Assembly (NCBI GenBank): GCA_010909165.1 | Contig: MU008160.1 | Span: forward strand, 1,860,001-1,924,000 | Length of the DNA: 64,000 nucleotides | Reading direction: 5' to 3' | Origin: Anthoceros angustus | Taxonomy: Eukaryota > Plantae > Anthocerotophyta | In this document: in pieces, positions 1-11,589 of the stretch | How positions within the stretch are numbered: position 1 is the first letter of the stretch | Layout: each line of letters begins with the position of its first letter | The notes under the pieces: model-generated | Databases searched by the model: none | What the model was told of the DNA's origin: nothing | What the model saw: the letters and a program-made list of their open reading frames with translations, nothing else | Translations under genes and position numbers: made by a program

Positions 1-2592
1 GAGTGAAGCCTTTTCCTCATGGATGGGAGAAAGCATTGGATGGGGACTTGAAGGACTCAAGAATAATGCACATTTCACATCTAAGGGCTCTCCACATAGG
101 CATGGGTTTCCTGCAAAGTATGTTGCAGCAAATTTTGTACCAAGATCGGGAATGGGGCCACAAAGAGCATTACTTGATAAATCTAAATAATCTAAACTAG
201 AACCTGATATAGTTATTGTAGGTATCTCACCTATAAGATTATTATGAGATAGGTCTATTTGGCTGAAATTATTTGGTACATTAGGAATCTCTCCAGTAAA
301 ATGATTTCTTGATAGATTCAAAAGACTCAATCCAGATAGGTTAAATAATGATTGAGGTAAACTGCCTTGTAGATTGTTGCCAGACAAGTCTAGTACTGTG
401 AAAGAATATAAAAGCGTCTGAATGCGTGTCTTGACACCCTTAGAGAAGATAGTGAAAAAAATCATATTAGGGTTAAAACTTCTAGTAATGACATCATTGG
501 GATCTGAAGAAGGAAAGGGATGCTGCCATCTTTGTATTTGCCATATACTAGGAGGGATTGTCCCTTCCAATAAATTATCAGCCAATACCAGCATAAATAA
601 CATTGGAAACCTTTTAGCAATCCAAGAAGGAATAGTCCCATGAAACCTGTTTGACGCTAATAAGACAATGCTCATAAAGTTACTTGGCAGAACACGAAAT
701 ACTTGAGATAAATGTCCCTCCAATTGATTATTCTGTATATCCAATATTTGTAAGAATGAACAATTCATAAAAGACATAGGAAGCATGCCAACTAGTTGAT
801 TGGAGCTAGCACCAAACCACAGCAATGCAACCAAAGTACCCAAACTTTCAGGAATGGTACCCGAGAAATTATTCTGGCTCACGACTAACTGGGTGAGATA
901 TTCGAGTTCATTCCAACGCACTGCCGAAAGCGAACCTTCCAACCCGTTCCCTTGTACATAAAATACCTCTAGATTTGTGAGGTTGGCTATTTCAGCAGGA
1001 AGGCTCCCAACAAGTTGATTATTGCTCAAGGCAAGGCCCGTCAACGAGGAGCAATTTCCCAACGATGATGGAATTGTACCTGACAACCGCGTGTCCCATA
1101 AAACTAATTGTTTCAAACGGTTTAGTTGGCCAAGTTCCTTCGGAATGGATCCTGTAATATTAGCTGTCCAGATTTTAGAGACACTTGATCCGACCGTAAT
1201 CTGTTGCAAGTTCTGGCAAAACGCCAATTCAGGCGGGATGTTCCCCTCCATATCATCCTCCATAATGGTAAGCACCTCCAAGTTGGAAAAGTTGCCGATA
1301 GCTGAGGGAATGGGTCCGCTGAATCGGTTTCCAACTAGGTCTAGTTCTGCGAGTGAGCTGGGAAAGTCGATCGGAATATTCCCCGTGAACTGATTCAGGA
1401 CAAGGCCACAAAGCAGTAGAGCAGTAGCATTTGAAAACGACGGGATCTTCCCGTCCATTTGAGTGTATTCGATAATCAACTGTTGCAAGTTCTGCAGCTG
1501 CCCAAAGCTCTCCGGTATGCTTCCATTCAAACTGTTCGGGAAATAGGAGGCGCTCTGGTCGTCTGTCGGATACGTCACACCCAGGTTGGATGACATTCCT
1601 ACATAAAACTGTTGCAACTGAGAGCATGAACCCAGCTCCTCGGGAATAGGGCCGGTGAAGTCAGCAAACTGGATGGAGAGTAGCTCCAGGTTGCTCAAGT
1701 TGCCTATAGTCCTTGGAATCTCTCCGTCTAGAAAGTTTTGGTCCAAGTTCAGAATTGTTAAGGTCTTGAGGCTACCGATCTCCGCAGGGATGCTACCCTT
1801 CACTTGAGTTCCTGTGATGGTTAAGTCCTGCAGGGATGACATGTTACTGAAAATGGCCAAGGCCGCCTTTAAGCGGCCGCTTATCAAGCCCCTCCGATTG
1901 ACCTCTCGAGCGTTGGAAGTACCCACCGAAAAGGAAATGAGCTTGGTACATTTCCCGAGCTCCGCAGGCAACTCGCCTTCCAACCCAAAATTGTCCAGCA
2001 GGCTGAGGAAGACGAGGTTGGTTACATTTCCCAGCTGCGGGGGAATGCGTCCTGTGAAATCGTTGCTCGACAAGTCAAGCCACTCTAAGGTGGCAAGGTT
2101 GCCGATCGAAGCCGGGATGCCGCCATTGAAGAAGTTGGAACTGAGATCCAGAATCTGGAAACGTGTGCTGGTATTGTCGGGAAAGCTTCCGTACAAACTG
2201 TTCCCCGATAGATTCAAGTGTCTGAGAAATGGCATGGAGAAGAGAAGGGGCGTGACTGTACCCCTCAAGCTCAAATATGGGAGGTTCAGGTCAACCACTC
2301 GGTGTGTTCTAAATTCGCAAGTCACACCATGCCAATAGCAGAGAGGCAGTCTTGCCGTCCAACTTGCCAATGCGCCCTGGCCATCCTCCACAATCCCCTG
2401 CTTGAACGCAGTCAGAATCCGCCCTTCAACGGATGAGGATGCATCCGAATCCGACGGCGAGACGTTGGAAGCTTCAGCAAAGCTCGCAGTTGGTGGCCAC
2501 TGCCACTGCCGGCGAGTCGTGATGCTGCACAACATCATCCAAAGTAGAACAAGGTAGCATAGCCTGATGAGAGCCACAAAGCGAACCACCAT
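1..2592 (-). CDS. LRR receptor-like protein (RLP1), intronless, 3' end runs off the window (>=864 aa)
   Basis: Manual translation from ATG at 2592 (MVVRFVALIRLCYLVLLW signal peptide). It gives an LRRNT cap (LTAFKQGI...W...CYWHGVTC), many plant LRRs (LxxLxLxxNxLxGxIP), an island region and the LRRCT motif GNPCLCGEPL. I saw no stop down to base 1, which explains its absence from the ORF track. Confidence 0.9.
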   Translation of the reverse strand, partial: MVVRFVALIRLCYLVLLWMMLCSITTRRQWQWPPTASFAEASNVSPSDSDASSSVEGRILTAFKQGIVEDGQGALASWTARLPLCYWHGVTCEFRTHRVVDLNLPYLSLRGTVTPLLFSMPFLRHLNLSGNSLYGSFPDNTSTRFQILDLSSNFFNGGIPASIGNLATLEWLDLSSNDFTGRIPPQLGNVTNLVFLSLLDNFGLEGELPAELGKCTKLISFSVGTSNAREVNRRGLISGRLKAALAIFSNMSSLQDLTITGTQVKGSIPAEIGSLKTLTILNLDQNFLDGEIPRTIGNLSNLELLSIQFADFTGPIPEELGSCSQLQQFYVGMSSNLGVTYPTDDQSASYFPNSLNGSIPESFGQLQNLQQLIIEYTQMDGKIPSFSNATALLLCGLVLNQFTGNIPIDFPSSLAELDLVGNRFSGPIPSAIGNFSNLEVLTIMEDDMEGNIPPELAFCQNLQQITVGSSVSKIWTANITGSIPKELGQLNRLKQLVLWDTRLSGTIPSSLGNCSSLTGLALSNNQLVGSLPAEIANLTNLEVFYVQGNGLEGSLSAVRWNELEYLTQLVVSQNNFSGTIPESLGTLVALLWFGASSNQLVGMLPMSFMNCSFLQILDIQNNQLEGHLSQVFRVLPSNFMSIVLLASNRFHGTIPSWIAKRFPMLFMLVLADNLLEGTIPPSIWQIQRWQHPFPSSDPNDVITRSFNPNMIFFTIFSKGVKTRIQTLLYSFTVLDLSGNNLQGSLPQSLFNLSGLSLLNLSRNHFTGEIPNVPNNFSQIDLSHNNLIGEIPTITISGSSLDYLDLSSNALCGPIPDLGTKFAATYFAGNPCLCGEPLDVKCALFLSPSSPHPMLSPIHEEKASL

Positions 2593-2932
2593 GATGACTG
2601 AAGGGTAGGAAGGGCGCCCCAGCACCAAGGTCCGTCAACTGCAAGCTCACAAGCGAAGTTATGAGAATCAGAAGAACGTTCCACTGAAAGACTTCAGCAA
2701 GGAATGTTGCCGAGAGTCTTGATGCAGAAGTCCGGCATTATCGTTCCGAACTTGCCCTTGAAACACGAATGCGCGGCTGAGCCTGAATATCAGGTGGCCA
2801 GATGTGGGTCCCGTTGGTCAAAGAGAGTGTACCATGCGGCATTGGGAATGGTGCTCTTTGTCTCACACCGATGGATTTACCAATTCATCCACAGCCCAAT
2901 GACCAACCGACCAAATCGACCAACATTGACCA

Positions 2933-3030
2933 TGACCAACACAACGACAGCCACCTGACCAACACAACGACAGACACCTGACCAACACAACGACAACCAC
3001 TTGACCAACACAGCGACAACCACTTGACCA
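2933..3030. repeat. 23-bp tandem repeat, ~4 copies (TGACCAACACAACGACAGCCACC)
   Basis: Read directly, between the RLP1 start and the F-box1 stop. Confidence 0.85.
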
Positions 3031-3140
3031 GAATTGACAAACGTCTGATACTATCCACTTGGAGACACAACTGGCAAATCCTTGAAAAACCCCAAAGCGA
3101 AGTTCACTCTAAGCCGGAATATGCCCCCTTCCATACCGCC

Positions 3141-4316
3141 TTAAACGGGGGTGCTCAGGCCTAATTCAAAGGCACGAGGAGGGAAGACACCCCCAGCAGG
3201 CCCACGTGTGAAAGAATTGGGAACCAAGGTCCAAGGTCGCCACTGCCTCGTACTGGCATTGTAGGTAGCCATCACATCAATAATGATGCACAGCAAGGGG
3301 CCATGTGCGAAGCAGTTCCACAAACTACCTTGGCTGTGTATCCCGCGAAGCTGTGTCTCCCGCACCATCGCCCTCTGTGTAGGATCATACCTCTTTACCA
3401 CAACAAGAGGTTGCATACCGGCCTCAACCACAACCATGATACAAGAATTACACACCACCAGCTGTTTCGGTTCGTGGAAATCCTGCTCCAGTTGGCAAAG
3501 ACATCGCCAAGCCATAGCTTCAATATGAAAGCTTACCAAAAAGTAGGAGAACCCCGGGCCCCAATGTCGGGCCAGCCCAAAAACCTGTCTTTCACTGAAG
3601 ACACAGTTGCAACATAAGTCGCACAGGGTGAGATCTATGCTCTCCTCCCCCCCCTCCGAGTCCTCACACCGACTCGGCAACAGGGTCCAGGACGAAGCCC
3701 CTGAGCGATAAAGCAAAATCCTGGCAGGACCCGCCCCGAGATTGTCCCCTCCAGCCTTTCTTTGGCACACACCCAACAGAGTGTAGGACTGCCCATCGTC
3801 ATCAACCTCCAGAAATGCACTAGAGAAGGAGGCACTGTAACGCCCAGCCAGCTCCCTGTCACCTTTGATCAGCGACCTGAAACAAGGCAACCCTCGCACT
3901 GCCCCCGTCACAGGATTAATTACCCAGATCTCCTTGTACAAATCCAGGCACAGCAGGCCTTTGTGGCTCGCCAGACACGTGGAGAAAGAACGAAACATAG
4001 GAGCCGCTCTGGGCAAAGTTGGCAGCTTGTGCCACATGTCCAGTCCTATGTCCAAGCCCAAGCCGGGCAGTGCCTGTCGCAAGAACACGGCCGGGAAGCA
4101 TACCTTGTCGCATGCTGACAAGGTCCGGCTGCAGAGCTTGCTGAAGGACGGGGAGGACACTATATTCTGCCACTCTTTACACACCAATCCTGCCCGGATG
4201 GCGTCGTCTCTAGGCATGAGGGCCAACACCCTCGCCATCAGCTCCGAGTGCCGAACCCTTTCCACCAGCTCCGGCCACACGTTCCCGTCCATCAGCTCCT
4301 GCCGCAAGCCTTCCAT
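3141..4316 (-). CDS. F-box protein (F-box1), 391 aa, with a kelch/FBA-like C-terminal region
   Basis: Intact ORF. F-box motif ELMARVLALMPRDDAIRAGLVCKEWQNIVSSPSF, followed by GLLCL...WVINPVTG typical of plant F-box proteins. Confidence 0.9.
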   Translation of the reverse strand: MEGLRQELMDGNVWPELVERVRHSELMARVLALMPRDDAIRAGLVCKEWQNIVSSPSFSKLCSRTLSACDKVCFPAVFLRQALPGLGLDIGLDMWHKLPTLPRAAPMFRSFSTCLASHKGLLCLDLYKEIWVINPVTGAVRGLPCFRSLIKGDRELAGRYSASFSSAFLEVDDDGQSYTLLGVCQRKAGGDNLGAGPARILLYRSGASSWTLLPSRCEDSEGGEESIDLTLCDLCCNCVFSERQVFGLARHWGPGFSYFLVSFHIEAMAWRCLCQLEQDFHEPKQLVVCNSCIMVVVEAGMQPLVVVKRYDPTQRAMVRETQLRGIHSQGSLWNCFAHGPLLCIIIDVMATYNASTRQWRPWTLVPNSFTRGPAGGVFPPRAFELGLSTPV

Positions 4317-4545
4317 GTTCCCCGAATTCTATGTATGTAGCTGCTTGACCTGGAGAAGAATCCTGAGCCAGGCAACCTTGTTCCTCTCTTGAGGGCCTGG
4401 CTCACCACATCGGCATCACGGAACTTGAACTTGTCCACCACCATTCCCTGGATGACGAACAGCTGGATCCTCTAGACTGCTCATGCCTATCCTGCAGAAG
4501 GCACTGTGAAACCCTACGGGCCGATCAAGCTCACTGTTTGGCACT

Positions 4546-4900
4546 GTGATGAGAGAAAGCTGTGTCAAACAGAGTCTGGCAGAGCCCAGTCTCTGTTCGG
4601 CACTGTGTACAGCTAAGAAGGTTTTGGTTGTGGGCGACGAGTTCATGATCTGGGTGTCGAACTTGAGCACGAGTCGAATGCATACTTGGGGAACCATATC
4701 TTGCCCATGTATGTTTGTAAAGGTAGGCTAGAGGAGGCCATGGATTTGTTCACCAGGGTAGGCAAACCCGATGTTTTCACGGGGTCTTCCCTCATCTCTG
4801 CACATGCTGAACATGGGAAACCTAATTAAGGCTGTACAACTCTACCATGAGATCCGGAGGTCAGGAGTGAAGGCAAATGGTGACGCCTTTGTAGCTGCCC
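4546..4900 (+). pseudogene. PLS-class PPR gene fragment (L-S-P motifs)
   Basis: Manual translation across frameshifts and a stop: GRRVHDLGVELEHESNAYLGNHILPMYVCKGRLEEAMDLFTRVGKPDVFTGSSLISAHAEHGKPN*/KAVQLYHEIRRSGVKANGDAFVAA. This matches the PLS-PPR consensus. Confidence 0.8.
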
Positions 4901-4904
4901 AGCG

Positions 4905-5217
4905 TATGTGAGGAATCAGCACGTGCAACATCCAGCTGATGATACACAACAGGAAGGCCCTCAGCCACAAGCGTCTTGACAGATTCTTCCCCTCGCTTCA
5001 CGTCCCTTGAAGTCAGGACAGCGGTTATTCCTTTCTGTCTCACAATCTCAAACCCAATCCCTTTGTTTGCCCCGGTCACAATAGCCAAAGTATCTTCTAA
5101 CCACCATCTGCTCGCATCAGAAGAATCCAAACGGCAGCATAAGCACAAAGCCACAAACAATCCACTTGGAAACACGCCTCCAAACTTAAGCTCAAACCTG
5201 TCATTCTGAGGACCCAT
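4905..5217 (-). pseudogene. 5' fragment of an SDR gene (exon 1, intron 1, part of exon 2)
   Basis: MGPQNDR/WWLEDTLAIVTGANKGIGFEIVRQ-KGITAVLTSRD. Paralogue of 12784-13985; lacks LAQ and is truncated after YHQLDVA. Confidence 0.85.
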
Positions 5218-5540
5218 CGTGTAGTCCGAGCTGCAGTTGTCTGTCCACTGCCTCCTGCTTCCCATTTACGGAGCTTTATGTGCTGATCATGGTGGTCCTT
5301 TTCTGGGGACTTTGTAAGGAACCTTCCTCCATCTGCACGTCCTTCTGCAGGACCTTCTACATTTCGTCTGCAGTGACGATTACCGACTGGGACGATAGAG
5401 GACCTCCTCCCGTGGCACCCGTAAAACAACCTGCCCGCCGGTTTCTGGTCCCCACACTGATGGCCACAATATGTTTTCATGTGTCTCATGCCATCATCAA
5501 TCGATGCTTCTTCGCGCGCGATGCCCCCATGCCATCACTA

Positions 5541-5730
5541 AATCCATGCTCGATATGTCGGATAAATCCTATTGGATGATAACAAAATGACCTGCAAAGA
5601 GTTGCCGGAGAGCACATCTAATGCTTGAGATATAAGCCCGCCAACCAGTTGGTTGTTGCTGGCACTTCCATACCACAATGAAACTAAAGCACCCAATCTT
5701 GCAGGAATGGTACCTGACAGAAGATTTCGG
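5541..5730 (-). pseudogene. Internal LRR fragment of RLP2 (portion outside the inversion)
   Basis: RNLLSGTIPARLGALVSLWYGSASNNQLVG...VILLSSNRI aligns by eye to RLP1 NNFSGTIPESLGTLVALLWFGASSNQLVG...IVLLASNRF. Confidence 0.8.
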
Positions 5731-6328
5731 GTGATGTTGTGCAGCATCATGACTCGCCCGCAGTGGCAGTGGCAGTGTCCGCCAACTGCGAGCTTTGCTG
5801 AAGCTCCCAACATCTCACCATCGGATTCAGACGCCTCCTCATCCGTGCAAAGGCGGATCCTGACTGCGTTCAAGCAGGGGATTGTGGAGGATGGCGACGG
5901 CGCATTGGAAAGTTGGAGGGCAAGCCAGTGCCTATGCTCCCTGAATGGTGTGGGTTGCGCAAATGGAACATACCGAGTGGTTTACCTAAGCCTCCCATAT
6001 TCGGGCTTGCAGATACGGTCACGCCTCTTCTCTTCTCCATGCCATTTCTCACCCACTCGAATCTCTCGGGAAACAGTTTTGAAGGAAGCTTCCCCGACAA
6101 CACCAGCACAAGTTATGAGGTTTTAGACCTCAGTTCGAACTTCTTCAATGGCAGCATCCCGGCTTCGATCGGAAACCTTGCCAACTTACAGTGGCTTGAC
6201 TTGTCGGACAACGATTTCACAGGACGCATTCTCCCGAAGGTAGGGAATCCAACCAACCTCATCCACCTCAACCTGCTGGACAATGCGCGGTTGGAAGGGC
6301 AGTCGCCTCCGGAGCTCAGGGCATGTAC

Positions 6329-6526
6329 TATAGGAATTCAGACAGACATGAACTGTTAGGCATGCCGTTAGACCAACTCACCTGACTGAAGCGTTGTGTC
6401 CTTTGTACCCCAAGAGACACAAGCCTGCATACCAACAGCCCAAAGGCTGAGACAATAAGATGTACACACTTGACTGAATACGATTATCTGTTCCAATTAT
6501 CTCCATGTCCCAGCGTATGTTTTATA
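6329..6526 (+). repeat. 5' LTR of copia A
   Basis: Direct repeat of 11158-11355, immediately followed by the PBS. Confidence 0.95.
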
Positions 6527-6538
6527 TGGTATCAGAGC
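6527..6538 (+). promoter_or_regulatory. Primer binding site (tRNA-iMet) of copia A
   Basis: TGGTATCAGAGC abutting the LTR end. Confidence 0.92.
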
Positions 6539-6729
6539 TGGATCATCGATCCCACAGCCGGGCGTAGAATGCACTGCTACTTGAGTCAACTCCGCACAAA
6601 TGTTGAGTTGCTCAACAAAACAGCAGATGACAATTTTCAACCCGCTGCATCCAAAAAGGCTGAACCCTAGGAGCCATACCTGTCACCACTTGTACGTTTG
6701 CTTCCCGTAATCAGGCAAACTTCTGTGCG

Positions 6730-9700
6730 ATGGGGTCCTCCGACTCCGTCAGCAAATTGGTGAATTTCTTTGATGGGTCCAACTACCCATCTTGGAGCAG
6801 GAAGATTGAGGTGTTTCTCTTGCGAGAAGACCTTTTTAGTGTCGTTGATGGGAGCGAAAAGCGCCCTCTCACTCCACCTGCAACCCCAGGCGGTACGATA
6901 CACCACACACCTGCAAACGGACACGGCAGCAAATTAGACTGGGACCTTAAGGACAGAAAAGCTCGCGCAAATCTAATGCTCTACATGAGAGATGCTCAGA
7001 TGAACCTCGTGAGGCACCTACTGACTTCGAAGGAGGTCTGGGATAGCCTGAAGAGCAAGTATGTGTTTGACAATGCTGTCAACAAGGGCTACTTGACAAG
7101 AAAGTTCTACAATCTCCGCATGGCTGAGACCGAATCCGTTGAGCACTTCATAAACACCTTTATGAACGTCAAGGATGCGGTGGAACTTGCAGGCACCACT
7201 GTGTCTGACCATGATGCCTCGGTGCAGATGCTCCAATCCATGCCACCCTCGTGGTCTGCTTTGGTCATGACACAAACTGCTAACCCCAGGCCCCTGGATG
7301 AGACAATTGCGCTGTTAAAGCAAGAGGAACAGCGCCGCAAAGGAGGCGATCCCTCCATGTCTAAGGGCATAGCCCTCTACAGTAATGGCGCTGGAAGATC
7401 TGGCCACTTCAGAGGCCGTCCTTCGCGAGGCTTCCCCAACAGGGGTACACCCCCTCCGCAAAACCCTAACGAAAAGCGGAAGCAAGGGACTTGCTTCTAT
7501 TGTAAGTTACCTGGTCACCACATACGTGACTGTCGCAAGAGGCTTGCGGACATGAAGAATCAATCTTCCAGCAGCGCCACCCACGTTCCCCGCCTCTTCG
7601 TCGTTTGCTTGAATGTCACCTTGGATTCTTACACCTGGTTTATTGATTCTGGAGCGACCCAGCACATGACCGGACATAGAGAGTGGTTTGTCTCTTTTCA
7701 CCCTAACACTGTTGAGAGCTATGTGTATCTTGGTGATGATTCCCGGCGTGCAATCCGAGGCACAGGTACCGTTGCCATCACCTTACCTGATGCACAGGTG
7801 AGAGAGCTCCATGATGTTTTATATGTGCCTCATTTGAGCAAGAATCTCGTCTCTGTTGGGCAAGCACTTGAGGCTGGTTATACCATTGTGTTTGCTCCTA
7901 ACAAATGTACTCTGTTTGACCAATCTCGCCAACTTGTGGCCACATGCCACAGATTCGGCAGATTGTTTGTCTTAGGCACGAGTCCCATTTTTCATGAGCG
8001 AGATGTCCTCCAACAACCTGAAGTGGGTAGTTTGACTCATCCTAATACCTCGTTTAGCTCTTCTGTGTCCTCACCATCTAGCAACCTGTGGCATTTCCGG
8101 TTAGGGCATGCAGGTGCACAGAGGATGAGAGCTTTATCGCAACATGACTATGTGGTAGGTTTCCCGTTGAAGTCTGTTGCAGACCTTACTTTTTGCCGAA
8201 GCTGTGCCTTGGGCAAACAACAGAGGAAGAAATTCCCTGTTGGTTCTCATAGAAGTCCTGAACCCCTAGATCTCATTCATACAGACCTTCTAGGCCCCAT
8301 GCAAACCCCTTCCTTGCAGGGTTCGCTCTATCAGGTTACCTTTATTGACGACCACACCCGTTATGGATGGGTGTACTATCTGTCGGCCAAGTCAGATACA
8401 TTTTCTACTTTCTGCTCTTGGCAATCAGAAGTAGAAACTCAGTCTAATAGAAAGGTCAAGATGCTTAGAAGTGATGGTGGTGGGGAATTTAACAATGCTG
8501 CTTTTAACCATCATTGTTTGTCACATGGTATTATTAGATGCACCATCTCTACACTGAAAGCGTAACGAAGTCCGAAAGGCGCCATAGGACTCAAGTTGAG
8601 ATGGGTAGGTCTATGCTGAAGCACGCATCCCTCTCTAATCATTTCTGGGCTGAAGCTCTTAACACAGCAAACTACCTCTTGAATCGACTACCTACGAAGG
8701 CTGTCGAGGGTATGACCCCGTATGAAGCTTGGAGTAGTCGTAAGCCTAACCTTAACCATCTCCGTATTTTTGGATGTGAGGCCTATGTCCATGTTCCCAA
8801 GGCCCTTCGTAGGAAATTGGATTCTAAGTCTCAGGCTGGCATCTTACTCGGATATGGTGAGACTGTGAAGGCATACCGTATTTACTTGAAGGACTCCCAA
8901 CGTCTCGTCTTTGCTCGTGACGTTATTTTTAATGAGCAGCCGCTCTTAACCTCTCCTGCACTCGTGAAAGCATCTTCCTCAAGTGATGTATTTTCTCCAG
9001 ATTTTACTCAGGGGGATGACTCGAGCTCTGGTGCTTGGGGGGAGGATGAGTGGGAGCTTTTATCACCTAATCAAGCCCAGAGCTTGTTGTTGCCCACCGC
9101 CAACCTCCATTTTGCCTGCGCCACTGCGCCAATTCCTCCAGCTATGCCGCCTCCCCGCCTTGCCCGCAGTGGCTCCTCCTGCCACTCCACCAATTGTTCA
9201 ACCTCCTGACCCTGTTTTGCCATCCAGCTGTACTAGTGACACTATCGGTGATCAAGATGAACATGATTTCCCTTCTCAAGCTGAAGATGTTACACACCCC
9301 CCGGACTTGCCTTTACCGGTGGAAGAGCCTCCTGCGCCTCGACGTTCCACGAGGCTAAGACAACCAAGCTGGAAAGTCCGAGACAATCTTGAGCAGGCCT
9401 CATTTACTACTAACTTTATACATTCTCCTCCGGAGGAACAGGTTACCATAAGTCCTCATGATATGAGCGCCTTCCCAATGAAGCGCGAGGGTCTGTCTTA
9501 TGCAGAAGCACTCATGGCTACGCCGGACGTCCAGGAGCCATCAAGTTATAAGGAGGCTATGTCTGGCCCGCAAGCAGCCGAATGGAAAAAGGCCGTTGAC
9601 GACGAGTTTCAATCACTCAAGGACAATAAGACATGGCGTCTTTGTGAACTGCCTGAAGGCCGCACGGCCGTGGGGAGTAAGTGGACATTTAAAATTAAGT

Positions 9701-11136
9701 ATACAGCTGATGGCGCAATTGAGCGCTATAAGGCTCGCCTTGTCGCACAAGGGTACACCCAAAGAGCCGGTGCCGATTATGATGCGGACCACCTCTACTC
9801 TCCGGTTGTACAGATAAGTTCCCTTCGCACTATCTTGGCCTTAGCTACCATCCATGATTGGGAAGTTGTCCAATTAGATGTCAAGACGGCATTTTTGTAC
9901 GGCCGCCTCAAGGAAGAAATTTATATGCGTCAACCCGAGGCATACGAAGAGAAGGGCAAGGAGCACCTTGTCTGTCTACTCTTAGGGAGTATTTATGGTC
10001 TTAAGCAGTCCGCCATCAATTGGAATGAATTGATGAATGAGGTCCTCATTGAGTTTGGATTTGTTAAATGCCCATCTGATGGTAATGTCTATGTTCTTAG
10101 GTCTGGGACTGCGCTTGTCATCCTTGCTCTCTACGTTGATGACTGCATCTTAGCCAGCAATGATAAGTTGGGCCTGCTAGCTAAGACCATTGCCATGCTT
10201 AAGTCTAGATTTCGTATGGCCGATCTCGGGGATATACATTATTGTATAGGCATGAAAGTTACTCGAAATCGCCATGATAGGTGGTTGCATTTAAGTCAAA
10301 CTCAGTATATTAAAAATACACTAACCAAGTTTAATATGATCGAGTGTAAGCCCGCCACTACTCCTCTCGCTGTGGGAGCGTACTTAACTGCGGAACAAGC
10401 ACCCAAGGATGATGAAGAGCGGACGTATATGGAGTCGATCCCTTATCAAGAGGCCGTTGGTCGTATCAATTGGATACGCACCACTTTAAGGCCCGACATT
10501 AGCCACGCCGTCCGTGTTTTGGCCCAGCAAATGGCCAACCCAGGACCGGCTCACTGGTCGGCCCTCAAACGTACCCTGCGGTATCTTAAAGGTACTATGA
10601 CCCATGGGCTCCTGTACAGAGGGCCTGTGGACAAAGTTCCTCACAACCCTCAGCTATTCGCTTACACGGATGCCGATTGGGGGGGAGATGTGGACTCAAA
10701 GAAATCGACCTCCGGATTCGCGCTGATGTTGTGCAATGCAGCCATCGATTGGGGCTCTAAGAGGCAAACTGCCATAGCCCTGTCCTCTACGGAATCCGAA
10801 TACATGGCAGCTACTCAGGCCACTAAGCGCGTGGTTGATCGAGTTTGCTTATTGGAGGAGCTTGGTATGACACAAGCTAAGCCGGTGGTAATTAAGATTG
10901 ATAATCAATCTGCTCTGGCCTTGGCCGGGAACCCAAAATTCAGCTCAAGATCAAAACACATCGATTTGCAATATCACTATGTGCGTGAGAAGTGTGCGGC
11001 AGGAGAAATCAAGCTCAAATACTGCCCAACTGAACACATGGCCGCTGATGTCCTAACCAAGAGTTTGCCAAGGGATAAGCACTTAGCCTGTATGAAGTTA
11101 CTTGGAGTTCATCCTGTAGTTTTCCCCTCGGCCTAA
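6730..11136 (+). CDS. Copia A gag-pol polyprotein, split into three ORFs by frameshifts near 8540 and ~9100
   Basis: FDGSNYPSW, CCHC knuckle CFYCKLPGHHIRDC, protease WFIDSGAT, GAG-pre-integrase WHFRLGH, integrase LRSDGGGEF, RT LYVDD, RNase H YTDADWGG...HIDLQYHYVRE. Confidence 0.93.
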
Positions 11137-11157
11137 CACGTTATGTCTGAGGGGGAG

Positions 11158-11355
11158 TATAGGAATTCAGACAGACATGAACTGTTAGGCATGCCGTTAG
11201 ACCAACTCACCTGACTGAAGCGTTGTGTCCTTTGTACCCCAAGAGACACAAGCCTGCATACCAACAGCCCAAAGGCTGAGACAATAAGATGTACACACTT
11301 GACTGAATACGATTATCTGTTCCAATTATCTCCATGTCCCAGCGTATGTTTTATA
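11158..11355 (+). repeat. 3' LTR of copia A
   Basis: Direct repeat of 6329-6526, preceded by PPT AGGGGGAG (11150-11157). Confidence 0.95.
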
Positions 11356-11589
11356 TGTACCAAGGTCACTTTCTTTTGGGTGGGTGTTTCCGATGCTTTG
11401 TTTTCGGTCAGAGGAGCCTGATAAGAGGACCTTCAAAGGCGGCCTTTGCCATCTTCAGCAACATGTCATCCCTGCAGTCTGTAACCGTCCGAGGGACTCA
11501 TGTCAAGGGTAGCATCCCTGCGGGGATCGGCAGGCTCACTACCTTACGATATCTGAACCTGGACGAGAATTTATGACTCAATTGTTGCG

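Larger units (their letters stand above)
6329..11355 (+). mobile_element. Ty1/copia LTR retrotransposon A, 5027 bp, TATA...TATA termini, TSD TGTAC
   Basis: 198-bp LTRs identical by eye. TSD at 6324-6328 and 11356-11360, PBS TGGTATCAGAGC, PPT AGGGGGAG, and gag-PR-INT-RT-RH order. Confidence 0.97.
5733..11576 (+). pseudogene. RLP2 N-terminal part, inverted, frameshifted and split by copia A (gene sequence 5733-6328 and 11361-11576)
   Basis: Clear nucleotide similarity to RLP1 ~2530-1740. The start and signal peptide are missing and there is a frameshift near 6012. The RLP1 empty site AAATGTACCAAG matches the insertion point. Confidence 0.85.

Noticed and set aside
422-2436. Plus-strand ORFs such as 1022-1393 and 1814-2338
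   Set aside because: Antisense shadows of the RLP1 reading frame.
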